DNA of 64,000 bases from Nitrospirales bacterium (GTDB taxonomy: Bacteria > Nitrospirota > Nitrospiria > Nitrospirales > UBA8639): NCBI GenBank assembly GCA_965223635.1, contig OZ245007.1, positions 386,935-450,934 on the forward strand. The letters run 5' to 3'. A model generated the notes under the pieces. It searched no databases and was not told the origin of the DNA. It saw only the letters and a list, made by a program, of their open reading frames with translations. The translations under genes and the position numbers were made by a program. How positions within the stretch are numbered: position 1 is the stretch's first letter; each line of letters opens with the position of its first letter. Positions 50,733 through 60,731 of the stretch are shown here, piece by piece.

Positions 50733-53018
50733 ATGAATTCTTCCGACTTGCTTGAACACATTCTTCAGCGCTCCCCACATCTTTCTCGCGCACTCGTTCA
50801 AGATTTCTTCTCACAGATGGATCCAGATTATTTCGAAGAATTCCCTATCGATACCATTCTCCAACATCTTGAACTGACTTCACAGCTCACATTTGAATCT
50901 CCTTGTGCTCTGGCGATTCAACCCCTTTCATCCCGACAATATCAGATCCATCTCATAGCCTACGATTACTTTTCCGAATTTGCCACCTTCTGCGGGGTTT
51001 TTGCTTCGTTTGGTCTGGATATTCGCGAGGCTAGAATTTTCACGTCTCGCGAGGCTTCTTCACTAGCGCGGCGTCCTATCCAGACTTCGCAAAAACTGAA
51101 CCCATGGAGACGTGCTCCCCTAAGACGCCCATCACAACGCTTATCTCGAAAAATTGCTGTGGATGTATTTCGTGTCCAAGCCCTGAAAGGATTTTCATTC
51201 GACTCATCAACCCAACAAGAATTTCAACGAGAACTCCACTCCTTGCTCCATCTACTCCAAAAAAATCATGTCCGCCAAGCTCGACGGCAGGTCAATCGCC
51301 GTCTTATAGAAAATTTAGGGAAAACAAAAAAAAAGACAGGAGATATTCTCCATCCCGTTCACATTACATTTTCCAATCCGGCTTCTGCACAAGAAACCGT
51401 CTTGGATATTCGGTCAACTGACACCCCGGCCTTTCTCTATGCCTTTGCCAATGCGTTGGCTATGCGTGGCATTTACCTCGTCAAAGCCAAAATTGAAGTG
51501 AAGGATCATCAAGTTTTAAACCGGCTATATGTGCGTGGACGACATGGCAATACACTCCAAAGCCAATCCGAGCAACAGGAGTTACGGACTGCGGCAGCCC
51601 TGCTGAAAGAGTTTACGTATTACCTAAGTTGGGCTCCGGATCCGGGGAAAGCTCTTGATCATTTTGACCTATTTCTTGATCAGCTCTTAGAGCAGCCACA
51701 GCGTGCGTCAACATTGAACACATTAAGCCAAGGTTCCACAATGGAACAGCTTGCACAATTGTTTGGTACCAGCGATTATCTCTGGGAGGATTTACTTCGT
51801 CGCCAACATGACAATCTATTACCCATGATGCGTCAATACAAGAAAGGCCCTCTGATTCGTTCGAAAGCTGTGTTGACCAAAAACCTTGAGAAACGCTTGC
51901 AACAGACGAAAACAATCCTTCAAAGAAAGCAAAAACTGAACCAGTTCAAAGATGAGGAACTCTTCCGAATTGATATGCGACATCTTCTGGAAAACAGCTA
52001 TCTTCCAGACTTTTCTCAAGCATTAACGAATGTCGCAGATGTCATTTTAGGGCAAGCTCTCATGCAATCATATCGGGCCATACGCCCAACCGCCTCAAAA
52101 ACGAACATGCCTCCAATGGCCATCTTTGGTTTAGGAAAATTAGGAGGGGGAGAATTAGGTTATGCTTCGGACATAGAAATTCTCTTTGTCTATGAACATC
52201 TGCAGCTATCGAAAACACAGACATCAGCAAGATTGACAGCTGATTTTTATGAACGGTGGGCACAGGAACTTCTTCAATGGATTGAATCCAAGCATGAAGG
52301 TATTTTTCATGTGGACACACGGCTCAGGCCGTACGGTGACAAAGGCACTTTAGCGAGCTCTCGTGAAGAAATCCAGGAGTATTATCGAATTGATGGTGCA
52401 TCAGCACCTTTTGAGCGGCAAGCCTTGATTAAGCTTCGATTCGTGGCAGGCAATCGTGCAGTAGGGAAGGCCATTGAATCCTATCGGGACCAGTATGTTT
52501 ATGATTCCACTCCATGGGATTTGTCCACGGCCTTGCACCTACGTCAACGGCAAATGACCGAACTTGTTCAACCTGGGACAATACATGTTAAATACGGACC
52601 CGGAGGCTTACTGGATGTAGAATATCTGGTGCAATATCTTCAACTTATCCATGGGCATCAACACCCCACCCTGCGTACCCCTAATACTCTTGAGGCCATG
52701 GAACAATTATGCCATGCCTCTATTCTCTCTCTGAATGAGAGAGAAACAATATACAATGATTATCTGTTTTTGCGGCAATTAATCGATAGCCTACGAATCG
52801 TGCGAGGCAATGCCAAAGACTTAATTTTGCCTCCGTCAGAATCAGACGAAATGGTTTTTTTGGCTCGAAGACTGGGAATGGGTTCAACGGATTGGCAAAA
52901 AAGTGCTGAAACCTTTGAACGCACGACTCTTGAGCAAATGGCAAAAATTCACAAACGTTTTCAAAAACGATTTTCAAGTAAAAAATACACCGCGGGAGAG
53001 AAAGTACAGAAGGAGTAA
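50733..53018 (+). CDS. ACT-like N-terminal region fused to a second half-size GlnE-like nucleotidyltransferase module
   Basis: The C-terminal half has APDPGKALDHFDLF, FGLGKLGGGELGYASDIEILFVY, IFHVDTRLRPYGDKG and FERQALIKLRF. The N-terminal ~330 aa has two ACT-like units (IHLIAYDYFSEFATFCGVFASFGLDIREARIFT and VLDIRSTDTPAFLYAFANALAMRGIYLVKAKIE) resembling the GlnD C-terminus. The start is uncertain (50646, 50661 or 50733). Confidence 0.7.
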   Translation: MNSSDLLEHILQRSPHLSRALVQDFFSQMDPDYFEEFPIDTILQHLELTSQLTFESPCALAIQPLSSRQYQIHLIAYDYFSEFATFCGVFASFGLDIREARIFTSREASSLARRPIQTSQKLNPWRRAPLRRPSQRLSRKIAVDVFRVQALKGFSFDSSTQQEFQRELHSLLHLLQKNHVRQARRQVNRRLIENLGKTKKKTGDILHPVHITFSNPASAQETVLDIRSTDTPAFLYAFANALAMRGIYLVKAKIEVKDHQVLNRLYVRGRHGNTLQSQSEQQELRTAAALLKEFTYYLSWAPDPGKALDHFDLFLDQLLEQPQRASTLNTLSQGSTMEQLAQLFGTSDYLWEDLLRRQHDNLLPMMRQYKKGPLIRSKAVLTKNLEKRLQQTKTILQRKQKLNQFKDEELFRIDMRHLLENSYLPDFSQALTNVADVILGQALMQSYRAIRPTASKTNMPPMAIFGLGKLGGGELGYASDIEILFVYEHLQLSKTQTSARLTADFYERWAQELLQWIESKHEGIFHVDTRLRPYGDKGTLASSREEIQEYYRIDGASAPFERQALIKLRFVAGNRAVGKAIESYRDQYVYDSTPWDLSTALHLRQRQMTELVQPGTIHVKYGPGGLLDVEYLVQYLQLIHGHQHPTLRTPNTLEAMEQLCHASILSLNERETIYNDYLFLRQLIDSLRIVRGNAKDLILPPSESDEMVFLARRLGMGSTDWQKSAETFERTTLEQMAKIHKRFQKRFSSKKYTAGEKVQKE

Positions 53019-53055
53019 GGAGAACTCAGAATGACTCCTTACTCCTTCCTGAGAT

Positions 53056-54465
53056 TTATACGTCGTAATACATAAAGAATTCATGTGGATGGGGCCGAAG
53101 TCGCATCGGATCGACTTCATTATCTCGTTTATAGCTAATCCATGCTTCCACTAAATCCTCGCTGAAGACTCCACCTTTCAACAGAAATTCATAATCATTC
53201 GCAAGGTTGTCTAGAGCATCTTCTAAATTCGAAGGCAAGGTTTGAATATTGCCCAATTCCTCTGGCTCTAAATCATAAAGATTCTTATCCATGGCTTCGC
53301 CCGGATGAATTTTATTTTGAATGCCATCTAACCCTGCCATCAACATCGCGCTAAACGCTAAATACATATTGCAAGAAGGATCTGGGAACCGTACTTCGAT
53401 CCGTTTGGCCTTCGGACTTGGGGAATACATGGGAATTCGAATGCCCGCTGAACGATTACGGCTCGAATAGGCCAACATCACAGGAGCTTCAAAACCTGGC
53501 ACTAACCGTTTATAAGAATTCGTGGTTGGATTCGTTAACGCCGCTAAGGCTGGACCATGTTTGAGAATGCCACCAATGTAATATAAGCATTGTTGGGATA
53601 CACCAGCATAATCTTTTCCGGCAAAATTCGGTTTTCCACCTTTCCAAATACTTTGGTGCGTATGCATGCCTGTGCCATTATCCCCGAAGACGGGTTTCGG
53701 CATAAAGGTAGCCGTTTTCCCATGACGCCGAGCCACGTTGCGGACAATGTATTTATACATCATCATCTGATCCGCCATTTTGAGGAGCGTATCAAAGCGG
53801 AGATCAATTTCTCCTTGACCCGCAGTGGCTACTTCATGATGATGTTTTTCAACGCGAATACCCGCCTTTTCCATTTCCCGACACATTTCTGAACGAATAT
53901 CCTGTTGAGAATCCACAGGGGAAACAGGGAAATACCCTTCCTTGTGCCGAGGTCGCGCCCCCAGGTTTTCTCCATCCTTTCCTGAATTCCAAATTCCTTC
54001 TTCCGAATCCACAAAGTAATAACCAGAATGACTATTTTGTTCAAAACTCACATGGTCAAAAATGAAAAATTCGGCCTCAGGCCCCCAGTAGGAGGTATCA
54101 CCAATCTTGGTACTCTTGAGATATTGTTCGGCCCGCATAGCTACCCCGCGGGGATCGCGTTCATAGATCGTACGAGTAATGGGATCTTGAACATTTCCCA
54201 CCATGCTGAGTGTAGGAATCTCCGTAAAAGGATCAAGCCGAGCCGTATTAGGATCAGGCACCATTAACATGTCGCTGTTTTGAATCGCCTTCCACCCACG
54301 AATAGATGATCCATCAAATCCGGAACCTTCTTTAAATAAATCCAAAGATAATTCTGAGGTCGGAATGGAAAAATGTTGCCAGGTCCCAACCAAATCAATA
54401 AATTTTAGGTCGACCATTTCGACCTTGTTCTTCTTTGCAAAGTCCAACACTTCTTTCGGGGTCAT
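53056..54465 (-). CDS. glnA: Glutamine synthetase type I
   Basis: The protein is 469 aa. Blocks: [49 protein letters not shown] and [13 protein letters not shown]. The adenylylation-loop motif [10 protein letters not shown] is present. Confidence 0.95.
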   Translation of the reverse strand: MTPKEVLDFAKKNKVEMVDLKFIDLVGTWQHFSIPTSELSLDLFKEGSGFDGSSIRGWKAIQNSDMLMVPDPNTARLDPFTEIPTLSMVGNVQDPITRTIYERDPRGVAMRAEQYLKSTKIGDTSYWGPEAEFFIFDHVSFEQNSHSGYYFVDSEEGIWNSGKDGENLGARPRHKEGYFPVSPVDSQQDIRSEMCREMEKAGIRVEKHHHEVATAGQGEIDLRFDTLLKMADQMMMYKYIVRNVARRHGKTATFMPKPVFGDNGTGMHTHQSIWKGGKPNFAGKDYAGVSQQCLYYIGGILKHGPALAALTNPTTNSYKRLVPGFEAPVMLAYSSRNRSAGIRIPMYSPSPKAKRIEVRFPDPSCNMYLAFSAMLMAGLDGIQNKIHPGEAMDKNLYDLEPEELGNIQTLPSNLEDALDNLANDYEFLLKGGVFSEDLVEAWISYKRDNEVDPMRLRPHPHEFFMYYDV

Positions 54466-54549
54466 TCAAGTACCTCCTTCATCTGAAACAGTCATTTATA
54501 AAAACTCAACTCGAATTTACCGTTTGTTATCAGAAATATGCTCTTCTCA

Positions 54550-55875
54550 TTAAGAATAGGCTCGCTCACTGTGTTGACTGAGATCCAAGCCCATTTCTTC
54601 ATCCTGCGGGGAAATACGAAGACCGATTGTGAGATCAACAATTTTCAGAATAATATAAGTGCCGATAACTGAAAAAGCTAAGGTTACCAAAGCCAGAAAG
54701 ACTTGTATACCAAACAATCCGGCATTCCCAAAAAACAACCCAGTGGCTCCCACTGAGGCAAAAAGTCCAGTGGCTAAGATTCCCATAAACCCTCCAACAC
54801 CATGAATGCCCACTACATCTAAGGAGTCGTCATAGCCTAACTTCATTTTCCACACGACTGCGATATAACACATGCTTCCCGCAGCAAGACCAATCAAGAT
54901 GGCAGACATGGGTCCCACAAATCCAGCTGCTGGAGTAATGGTGGCTAATCCAGCAATAATTCCACTGGCAATCCCGAGAACAGTGGGTTTGCCTCGGTGC
55001 ACCCATTCAGCACCCATCCAGCTTAATCCTCCAGCCGCTGCGGCAATGTGGGTGGCCACGAAGGCAATTCCGGCTCCGCCATTTGCACCTAAGGCGCTGC
55101 CTCCATTAAATCCAAACCATCCAAACCACAATAAGCCAGTTCCCAGGACAGTCATCGGCAAATTATGTGGTGGCATCGGCTCTTTCCCAAACCCCTTGCG
55201 CGGACCAACCATCAGGGCACCAACCAAGGCACCGAACCCGGAACTAATGTGCACGACTGCACCTCCTGCAAAATCCAATGCCCCCATTTGTTGTAACCAC
55301 CCTCCACCCCACACCCAATGGGCCAATGGCGAATAAATGCATAGAGACCAAATTAAAGAAAATGCAAGTAATGCTTTAAAATTCATGCGTTCCGCAAAAC
55401 TACCTGTCATTAATGCAACTGTGATTGCAGCAAACATTAACTGAAACACCATAAACACTTGATGGGGAATGGTAGAAGCATAATCTGGGCTAGGTTCTGG
55501 ACCAACTCCTTGTAAGCCAATCCACTCCAAACTCCCAATCACTCCACCAACATCAGGGCCGAAGGCTAAACTATATCCACAAACCACCCAGACAACGGTC
55601 AACAAACAAAGAATAACGGCCGTATGCATAATGGTCCCCAACACATTTTTACCACGAACTAAACCGCCATAAAATAACGCCAACCCCGGAAGCATCATAC
55701 ATAAGACTAATGCTGAAGAAATTAAAATCCATGCAGTGTCACCAGTATTAATTTTCGGGGCGCTCCCTTCCTCTGCCAACACCACAGACCACTCCCCCAT
55801 GCCAAAGAGTAGCGCTAGCAGCACGCTTATCTTTATGAATACGCTACCTATCTTCATGATGTCTCCTTTAAGCAA
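54550..55875 (-). CDS. amtB: Ammonium transporter (Amt family)
   Basis: The protein has about 11 TM helices. Blocks: DTAWILISSALVLCMMLPGLALFYGGLVR, DFAGGAVVHISSGFGALV, FGWFGFNGGSA and VGIHGVGGFMGIL. The start may be M7 at 55857. Confidence 0.95.
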   Translation of the reverse strand: MLKGDIMKIGSVFIKISVLLALLFGMGEWSVVLAEEGSAPKINTGDTAWILISSALVLCMMLPGLALFYGGLVRGKNVLGTIMHTAVILCLLTVVWVVCGYSLAFGPDVGGVIGSLEWIGLQGVGPEPSPDYASTIPHQVFMVFQLMFAAITVALMTGSFAERMNFKALLAFSLIWSLCIYSPLAHWVWGGGWLQQMGALDFAGGAVVHISSGFGALVGALMVGPRKGFGKEPMPPHNLPMTVLGTGLLWFGWFGFNGGSALGANGGAGIAFVATHIAAAAGGLSWMGAEWVHRGKPTVLGIASGIIAGLATITPAAGFVGPMSAILIGLAAGSMCYIAVVWKMKLGYDDSLDVVGIHGVGGFMGILATGLFASVGATGLFFGNAGLFGIQVFLALVTLAFSVIGTYIILKIVDLTIGLRISPQDEEMGLDLSQHSERAYS

Positions 55876-55906
55876 TCACACTCAATGATAATTTGCCGAT
55901 AAACAA

Positions 55907-56323
<417 letters not shown>

Positions 56324-56357
56324 TTAAAAAGGATACACTCATCCTGTGTTTCAAAAG

Positions 56358-56373
56358 AGCACAAAAATTTCCA
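56358..56373 (-). promoter_or_regulatory. Candidate sigma-54 (-24/-12) promoter upstream of glnK-amtB-glnA
   Basis: The minus strand reads TGGAAATTTTTGTGCT. The GG and GC are separated by 10 nt, as in the TGGCACG-N4-TTGCW consensus, but only 8 of the 12 consensus positions match. The site lies about 110 nt upstream of the glnK ATG. Confidence 0.3.
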
Positions 56374-56391
56374 CTTGAATCTCTTCAGATA

Positions 56392-57498
56392 CTAGAAGAG
56401 GAAAATTACTTCCGTCGCAAGGGTCTCTTGATTATTAGCTGCCCGAGTCCCGTATTGAAAGCTATTCTTATTTGATTTGTCATATCGAAATTCCAAACGC
56501 GTAATTAAAGAAGGAACGGGTTTATATTGCGCAGTGATGGTTCCTTCCCAGAGTTTTTGATCAACTCCTGTCAGAAAGCCATCGGCATCTTTAAACCATT
56601 CGGTTCGAAGGCGTACTCCCCATTGATCGTCAAAATCATGGATCACATAGCCGGCGATGCCGTGCCATTGGGCATCTCTTCCTGCCACCCCATTTTCTTG
56701 TTCAGCAAAGTAGCCTTCAAGAACCAAAGAGGTTTGCTGTGCTACTTGAGCAGTAATAATCCCGCCAGTCTGATAAAGATCCATATTCTTCGCACCCACC
56801 GTACCCTCTGGCCCCCAGAATCCAAAGAGTGACATACTCAACCAATCCATCGGGGTCAATCCTAAGAGTGCTTCTATTGATTTGCTTCGATTGGAGTCTG
56901 ACGTTGCCCCATTCCAAGAATTAATCACACCAACCGAAAGGGCAACCATGTCATTAAATGCATACGAAGCCCGAAGACCTGTCGTGGTAAATGGTTCGCC
57001 TAAACCAAAAAGCCAAGAGCGAGAAAAGTTTGGGTTCAATGGACTTTCTATGACTTCATAGCCAATTAACGTATTCATCCGACCAATACGCAGATCTAAC
57101 CCATTCCCAATTGGCGCAATATACTGGGCATAGGCTTCCTGATAATCAAAATCACCTGAAAAATTTCCCCCTGTAAAATTAGCATCTTCCCCAAAATTCA
57201 ATTTAATGCGAAACCCTGCACGATCGGCATTCGTCGTGCCATCGGACTTGGCTTCTTTCTCAAACACAAGTTGTGCCATATGGGGACGAAACGAATTGGC
57301 ATCCACATCAAAAATACGAAGAGCATTCGTTTGAGAGCTAGGGTTATTGAAATTGTGCGTATAAGACGCTTCCACGTAGCCATAAAGATTGAAGTCTTCT
57401 TCCGTCAGCACTGCGGCATGGCTTACGGTGACAAAAGTCGTCAACAGCAATCCTATGCTCACGACAAACGCACAATAATTTCTCAGTTTGTTCATCAT
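56392..57498 (-). CDS. Outer-membrane beta-barrel porin, first gene of the glnK-amtB-glnA string
   Basis: A signal peptide (MMNKLRNYCAFVVSIGLLLTTFVTVSHA) is followed by an alternating beta-strand pattern. The C-terminus is ATEVIFLF with a terminal Phe. The ORF is open to 57549. Confidence 0.7.
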   Translation of the reverse strand: MMNKLRNYCAFVVSIGLLLTTFVTVSHAAVLTEEDFNLYGYVEASYTHNFNNPSSQTNALRIFDVDANSFRPHMAQLVFEKEAKSDGTTNADRAGFRIKLNFGEDANFTGGNFSGDFDYQEAYAQYIAPIGNGLDLRIGRMNTLIGYEVIESPLNPNFSRSWLFGLGEPFTTTGLRASYAFNDMVALSVGVINSWNGATSDSNRSKSIEALLGLTPMDWLSMSLFGFWGPEGTVGAKNMDLYQTGGIITAQVAQQTSLVLEGYFAEQENGVAGRDAQWHGIAGYVIHDFDDQWGVRLRTEWFKDADGFLTGVDQKLWEGTITAQYKPVPSLITRLEFRYDKSNKNSFQYGTRAANNQETLATEVIFLF

Positions 57499-57695
57499 GG
57501 TTCGACGAGCTTCTGAAACAACGAATGCCATAGGATTACTATTCTTCATTCAACCCTCCCTGGTTGTCACAGGCCTTTTTATAATGGCCGCTTGAATGGT
57601 TTAAATGTGTGACCTCATACTGTCTGGTTATCCTGCCTTCTTGCACCTTTCCTCAAACTACAGAGCAAGCAAATATTGCTATGTATGTAAGAGGC

Positions 57696-57736
57696 AAAAA
57701 AAAAGCCCTCATCCAGATTTTCTTCTGGTTGAGGAC
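57696..57736 (-). terminator. Strong Rho-independent terminator (minus strand)
   Basis: The minus-strand RNA is GUCCUCAACCAG-AAGAAAAU-CUGGAUGAGGGC followed by U9. That is an 11-bp stem with one A-A mismatch. It starts right after the stop of ORF 57738-57989. Confidence 0.8.
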
Positions 57737-57737
57737 T

Positions 57738-57989
57738 TCATCGTCCGGATTCTTTGATCCGATGAGCGAAACGTCGTTGTTTCACTTCATCGACTGTGAG
57801 TATTTTTGTACCACCCATTATTTTGTTTGTCAAGAAAAACTTTATACCAGTAGCAGCTTGTCTCCTTTCATGCATATGGATCAAGGAACGCTCCTCCTGA
57901 AATGTTCCAATGCGAGCACGCTGATAGCCAATTACTGGATGACATACTTGGCATTGGCACTCACCCTTGTAAGAATAACAAAGAAACAA
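57738..57989 (-). CDS. Possible small Cys-containing protein (83 aa, TTG start); alternatively a non-coding transcript
   Basis: The ORF ends 2 nt before the strong terminator. It contains CQCQVCHP. There is no convincing SD or ATG start, so coding status is uncertain. Confidence 0.3.
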   Translation of the reverse strand: MFLCYSYKGECQCQVCHPVIGYQRARIGTFQEERSLIHMHERRQAATGIKFFLTNKIMGGTKILTVDEVKQRRFAHRIKESGR

Positions 57990-58049
57990 GTCTTGACAAG
58001 ATGAACCAATTGCAAAATTCTAGAACGATCAAGAAAAGGAGTACTGCCA

Positions 58050-58970
58050 ATGGATCAATTTTTCGTTGACCAACTCACTCCATTCCTGGCTCAAAAATCT
58101 ACGGCAATTCTGGAATCGAGTTTTCGCATCCTATTAATTGGGACCATCGCGTATTTGGCTATTCGAGCGTTTCGATTTGGATTACTCAAACTTGAACAAG
58201 GCTTGCTGGCGTGGCGTGAGCATGAGGATAAGGAACGTATTGCCAATGAAAAGCGAATCAAAACGTTAATTGGGTTGGTCCGCACCATTTGCTTGACCCT
58301 CGTATGGGTGATTGCCGTCGTCATGAGTTTAGAGCAGATGGGTTTGGCAATTGCCCCAATTTTAGCAGGAGCGGGTATCGTAGGATTGGCGGTAGGGTTT
58401 GGCGCCCAAAACTTAGTACGCGATGTCATTAATGGCTTTTTTATGATCTTGGAAAATCAAGTCCGAGTCGGTGACGTGGCGGTGGTGAACGGCACAGGCG
58501 GCTTAGTGGAAGCGATCAGTTTTCGCACAATTACATTGAGAGATTTATCTGGCACCGTGCATATTTTTCCGAATGGCACCGTAACGACTTTAGCCAATAT
58601 GACCAAAAACTGGTCGGCCTATGTGATGGATATCGGCGTGGCATACAAAGAAGATACCGACCGCGTCACTGAAGTGATGCGAACAGTCGGGAACGAGTTA
58701 CAAGAAGATCAACAATGGGAAGATAAGATCTTGGAACCCATTGAGATCTTCGGTGTGGATGCTTTCGGGGAATCGGAAGTTGTGATTAAAGCTCGAATAA
58801 AAACCTTGCCCATCGAGCAATGGGCTGTCGGACGGGAATATCGGCGACGTCTGAAAAAAGCCTTTGAGCAGGAAAAAATTGAAATCCCATTCCCACACCG
58901 AACCCTCTATATGGGTGAAGCCGGTTCGCCATGGACGATCCAAAACATTTCTGTCCCTACAGCATCTTAA
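58050..58970 (+). CDS. Mechanosensitive ion channel (MscS family)
   Basis: Three TM helices are followed by GAQNLVRDVINGFFMILENQVRVGDVAVVNGTGGLVEAISFRTITLRDLSGTVHIFPNG. An AAGGAG SD lies upstream. Confidence 0.9.
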   Translation: MDQFFVDQLTPFLAQKSTAILESSFRILLIGTIAYLAIRAFRFGLLKLEQGLLAWREHEDKERIANEKRIKTLIGLVRTICLTLVWVIAVVMSLEQMGLAIAPILAGAGIVGLAVGFGAQNLVRDVINGFFMILENQVRVGDVAVVNGTGGLVEAISFRTITLRDLSGTVHIFPNGTVTTLANMTKNWSAYVMDIGVAYKEDTDRVTEVMRTVGNELQEDQQWEDKILEPIEIFGVDAFGESEVVIKARIKTLPIEQWAVGREYRRRLKKAFEQEKIEIPFPHRTLYMGEAGSPWTIQNISVPTAS

Positions 58971-58991
58971 GGGGAAGCTAGAATGAGCTAG

Positions 58992-59396
58992 TTAAGAATA
59001 GGGTTGGGAATCAGGATGACGTGCACAAGTCCAATATCCGTAACCCAAGAAACTCCAGCCGACAAGGAAGGCTAGGCCACCAAATGGCGTAAGAATACCT
59101 AACGTGCGAATTTCAGAGAGTGCTAGGGTATAGAGACTTCCCGAAAAAACGAAGATCCCAATGCAAAAACTCCAGCCCGCGTTCATAAAGATTCTATGCT
59201 TGAACCAATGAGCGCTTAATCCTGCAATGAGCATTGCCAGTGCATGCACCAAATGATAGCGCACTCCCGTTTCAAAGACCGCCATCATTTTTTCTGACAA
59301 GATTGGGCGTAGGCCATGGGCTCCAAGGGCACCGGCAGCTACACCGATCCCCGCCAATATTGCTCCAATAAAGAGAATGCGATTTGCCTGCTTCAT
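58992..59396 (-). CDS. DUF423 (YwdK/UPF0382) family membrane protein
   Basis: The sequence is GVAAGALGAHGL ... VRYHLVHALAMLIAG ... FSGSLYTLAL ... TPFGGLAFLVGW. The start is taken at ATG 59396. Confidence 0.75.
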   Translation of the reverse strand: MKQANRILFIGAILAGIGVAAGALGAHGLRPILSEKMMAVFETGVRYHLVHALAMLIAGLSAHWFKHRIFMNAGWSFCIGIFVFSGSLYTLALSEIRTLGILTPFGGLAFLVGWSFLGYGYWTCARHPDSQPYS

Positions 59397-59419
59397 TTTC
59401 AGGACTTTCTTTTCATTTT

Positions 59420-59641
59420 TTATGGAGAACTTGTAGGAGGGATGTTCCTTCCCCACGATACTGTTTGCCACACACGTTCATGCCCCCAAAATAGACCAAC
59501 TTTTATAAGGGAATCAGCGAACCCTGCGTACAATGCCATGGAAACCTCATCAGAAATTATCCATACCACAATCGTGGTGACCAAGACTGCAATAACGCGC
59601 CAACTTAGCCCCTTTACCACACTCCGTAAATGCGTTTCCAT
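59420..59641 (-). CDS. DUF2061-family small membrane protein (copy 2)
   Basis: The sequence is METHLRSVVKGLSWRVIAVLVTTIVVW ... LIKVGLFWGHERVWQTVSWG. It is a paralogue of the adjacent ORF. Confidence 0.7.
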   Translation of the reverse strand: METHLRSVVKGLSWRVIAVLVTTIVVWIISDEVSMALYAGFADSLIKVGLFWGHERVWQTVSWGRNIPPTSSP

Positions 59642-59673
59642 ATCTTCCCTCTTACTTGGTGTTTAAATAGGCA

Positions 59674-59958
59674 CTAGTAGGAAGAACTCTCAGCCAAGGT
59701 ACTCCCAGGTATATGTTTCATGACATACGTCTTTTGGCAGTTGGCTTTCGGGCAAACACTTTCTCGCCCCCACGCTATTGTTTGCCACACACGTTCATGG
59801 CCCCAAAAAAGGCCAATTTTTATCAGTGAATCACACAATCCTGCAAATAACGCCATAGACACTTCACCTGAAATAAGCCAGACAACGCTCGTTGTTACTA
59901 AGGTCGCAATGACTCGCCAACTCATCCCCTTCATCAAACTGCGTAAATGTGTTTCCAT
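59674..59958 (-). CDS. DUF2061-family small membrane protein (copy 1)
   Basis: The sequence is METHLRSLMKGMSWRVIATLVTTSVVW ... LIKIGLFWGHERVWQTIAWG. It forms a tandem pair with 59420-59641. Confidence 0.7.
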   Translation of the reverse strand: METHLRSLMKGMSWRVIATLVTTSVVWLISGEVSMALFAGLCDSLIKIGLFWGHERVWQTIAWGRESVCPKANCQKTYVMKHIPGSTLAESSSY

Positions 59959-60017
59959 ATGTCTTTCCTTTCCTGGCTTTCCTTCATCGTGGGCACATGT
60001 ATTGGCAGACCCTTTTT

Positions 60018-60500
60018 TTAGAGACCAGAATTCTGGCCTTTTGTTTCTCGTTTTTTCCTGCTTCCCTTAAAATGTTTGTGGGAATGAACGAAATCTTCCA
60101 AAGAATAATCATCAAGCACTGATGCTATCGCATTTCGAACATCTAGCATGATGCCTTGAATAGGACAGAGAGGTGTTTCAGCGTGAGGACAATCCTCACA
60201 CTTGTGATAAGCGGTCTGACTCACACATGCAATTGGTGCAAGGGGTCCATCTAAAATACGAATAATTTTTCCAAGGGTGATTTCATTTGGTGGTTTTATT
60301 AAATACACTCCACCATTTAAACCTCGGCGACTTCCGATAAGCCCTGAATGTTTTAGGGCCAAAAGAATAGTTTCCAGAAATCCCAGCGGGATCTTTTGTC
60401 TATTAGCCAAAACCTTCCGCTGCACCATTCCATGCCCATATTCCCGGGTTAATTCGATCATAGCTCTTAGGCCATATTCACTTTTTTTTGAGAAGCGCAT
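60018..60500 (-). CDS. Rrf2-family transcriptional regulator with a Cys cluster
   Basis: The sequence is MRFSKKSEYGLRAMIELT ... IPLGFLETILLALKHSGLIGSRRGLNGGVYL, followed by CVSQTAYHKCEDCPHAETPLC. Confidence 0.85.
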   Translation of the reverse strand: MRFSKKSEYGLRAMIELTREYGHGMVQRKVLANRQKIPLGFLETILLALKHSGLIGSRRGLNGGVYLIKPPNEITLGKIIRILDGPLAPIACVSQTAYHKCEDCPHAETPLCPIQGIMLDVRNAIASVLDDYSLEDFVHSHKHFKGSRKKRETKGQNSGL

Positions 60501-60731
60501 AAAACACCATAAAGTTAATAAAGTATATTAACAATACTAACATACCTCAGAAGTTTTTCTATACCTCTAAAGTGGCATTCGAAGTCTTCTCCTAAAAAAA
60601 TGTCCAGAAAATTCAGGATTTCTTTAGAACCGCTATTAAAAGAACAGAATTTTGGGATAACAGATTTCAGACAGAGTGACCCTCAGCCTTGAAATGTGAA
60701 AAACTACAAGGTCTTTAACGTCAAAAATCTC

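Noticed and set aside
54872-55336. 154-aa Pro/Ala-rich plus-strand ORF
   Set aside because: It is antisense to amtB. Its composition is the typical shadow of a Gly/Ala-rich membrane protein gene.
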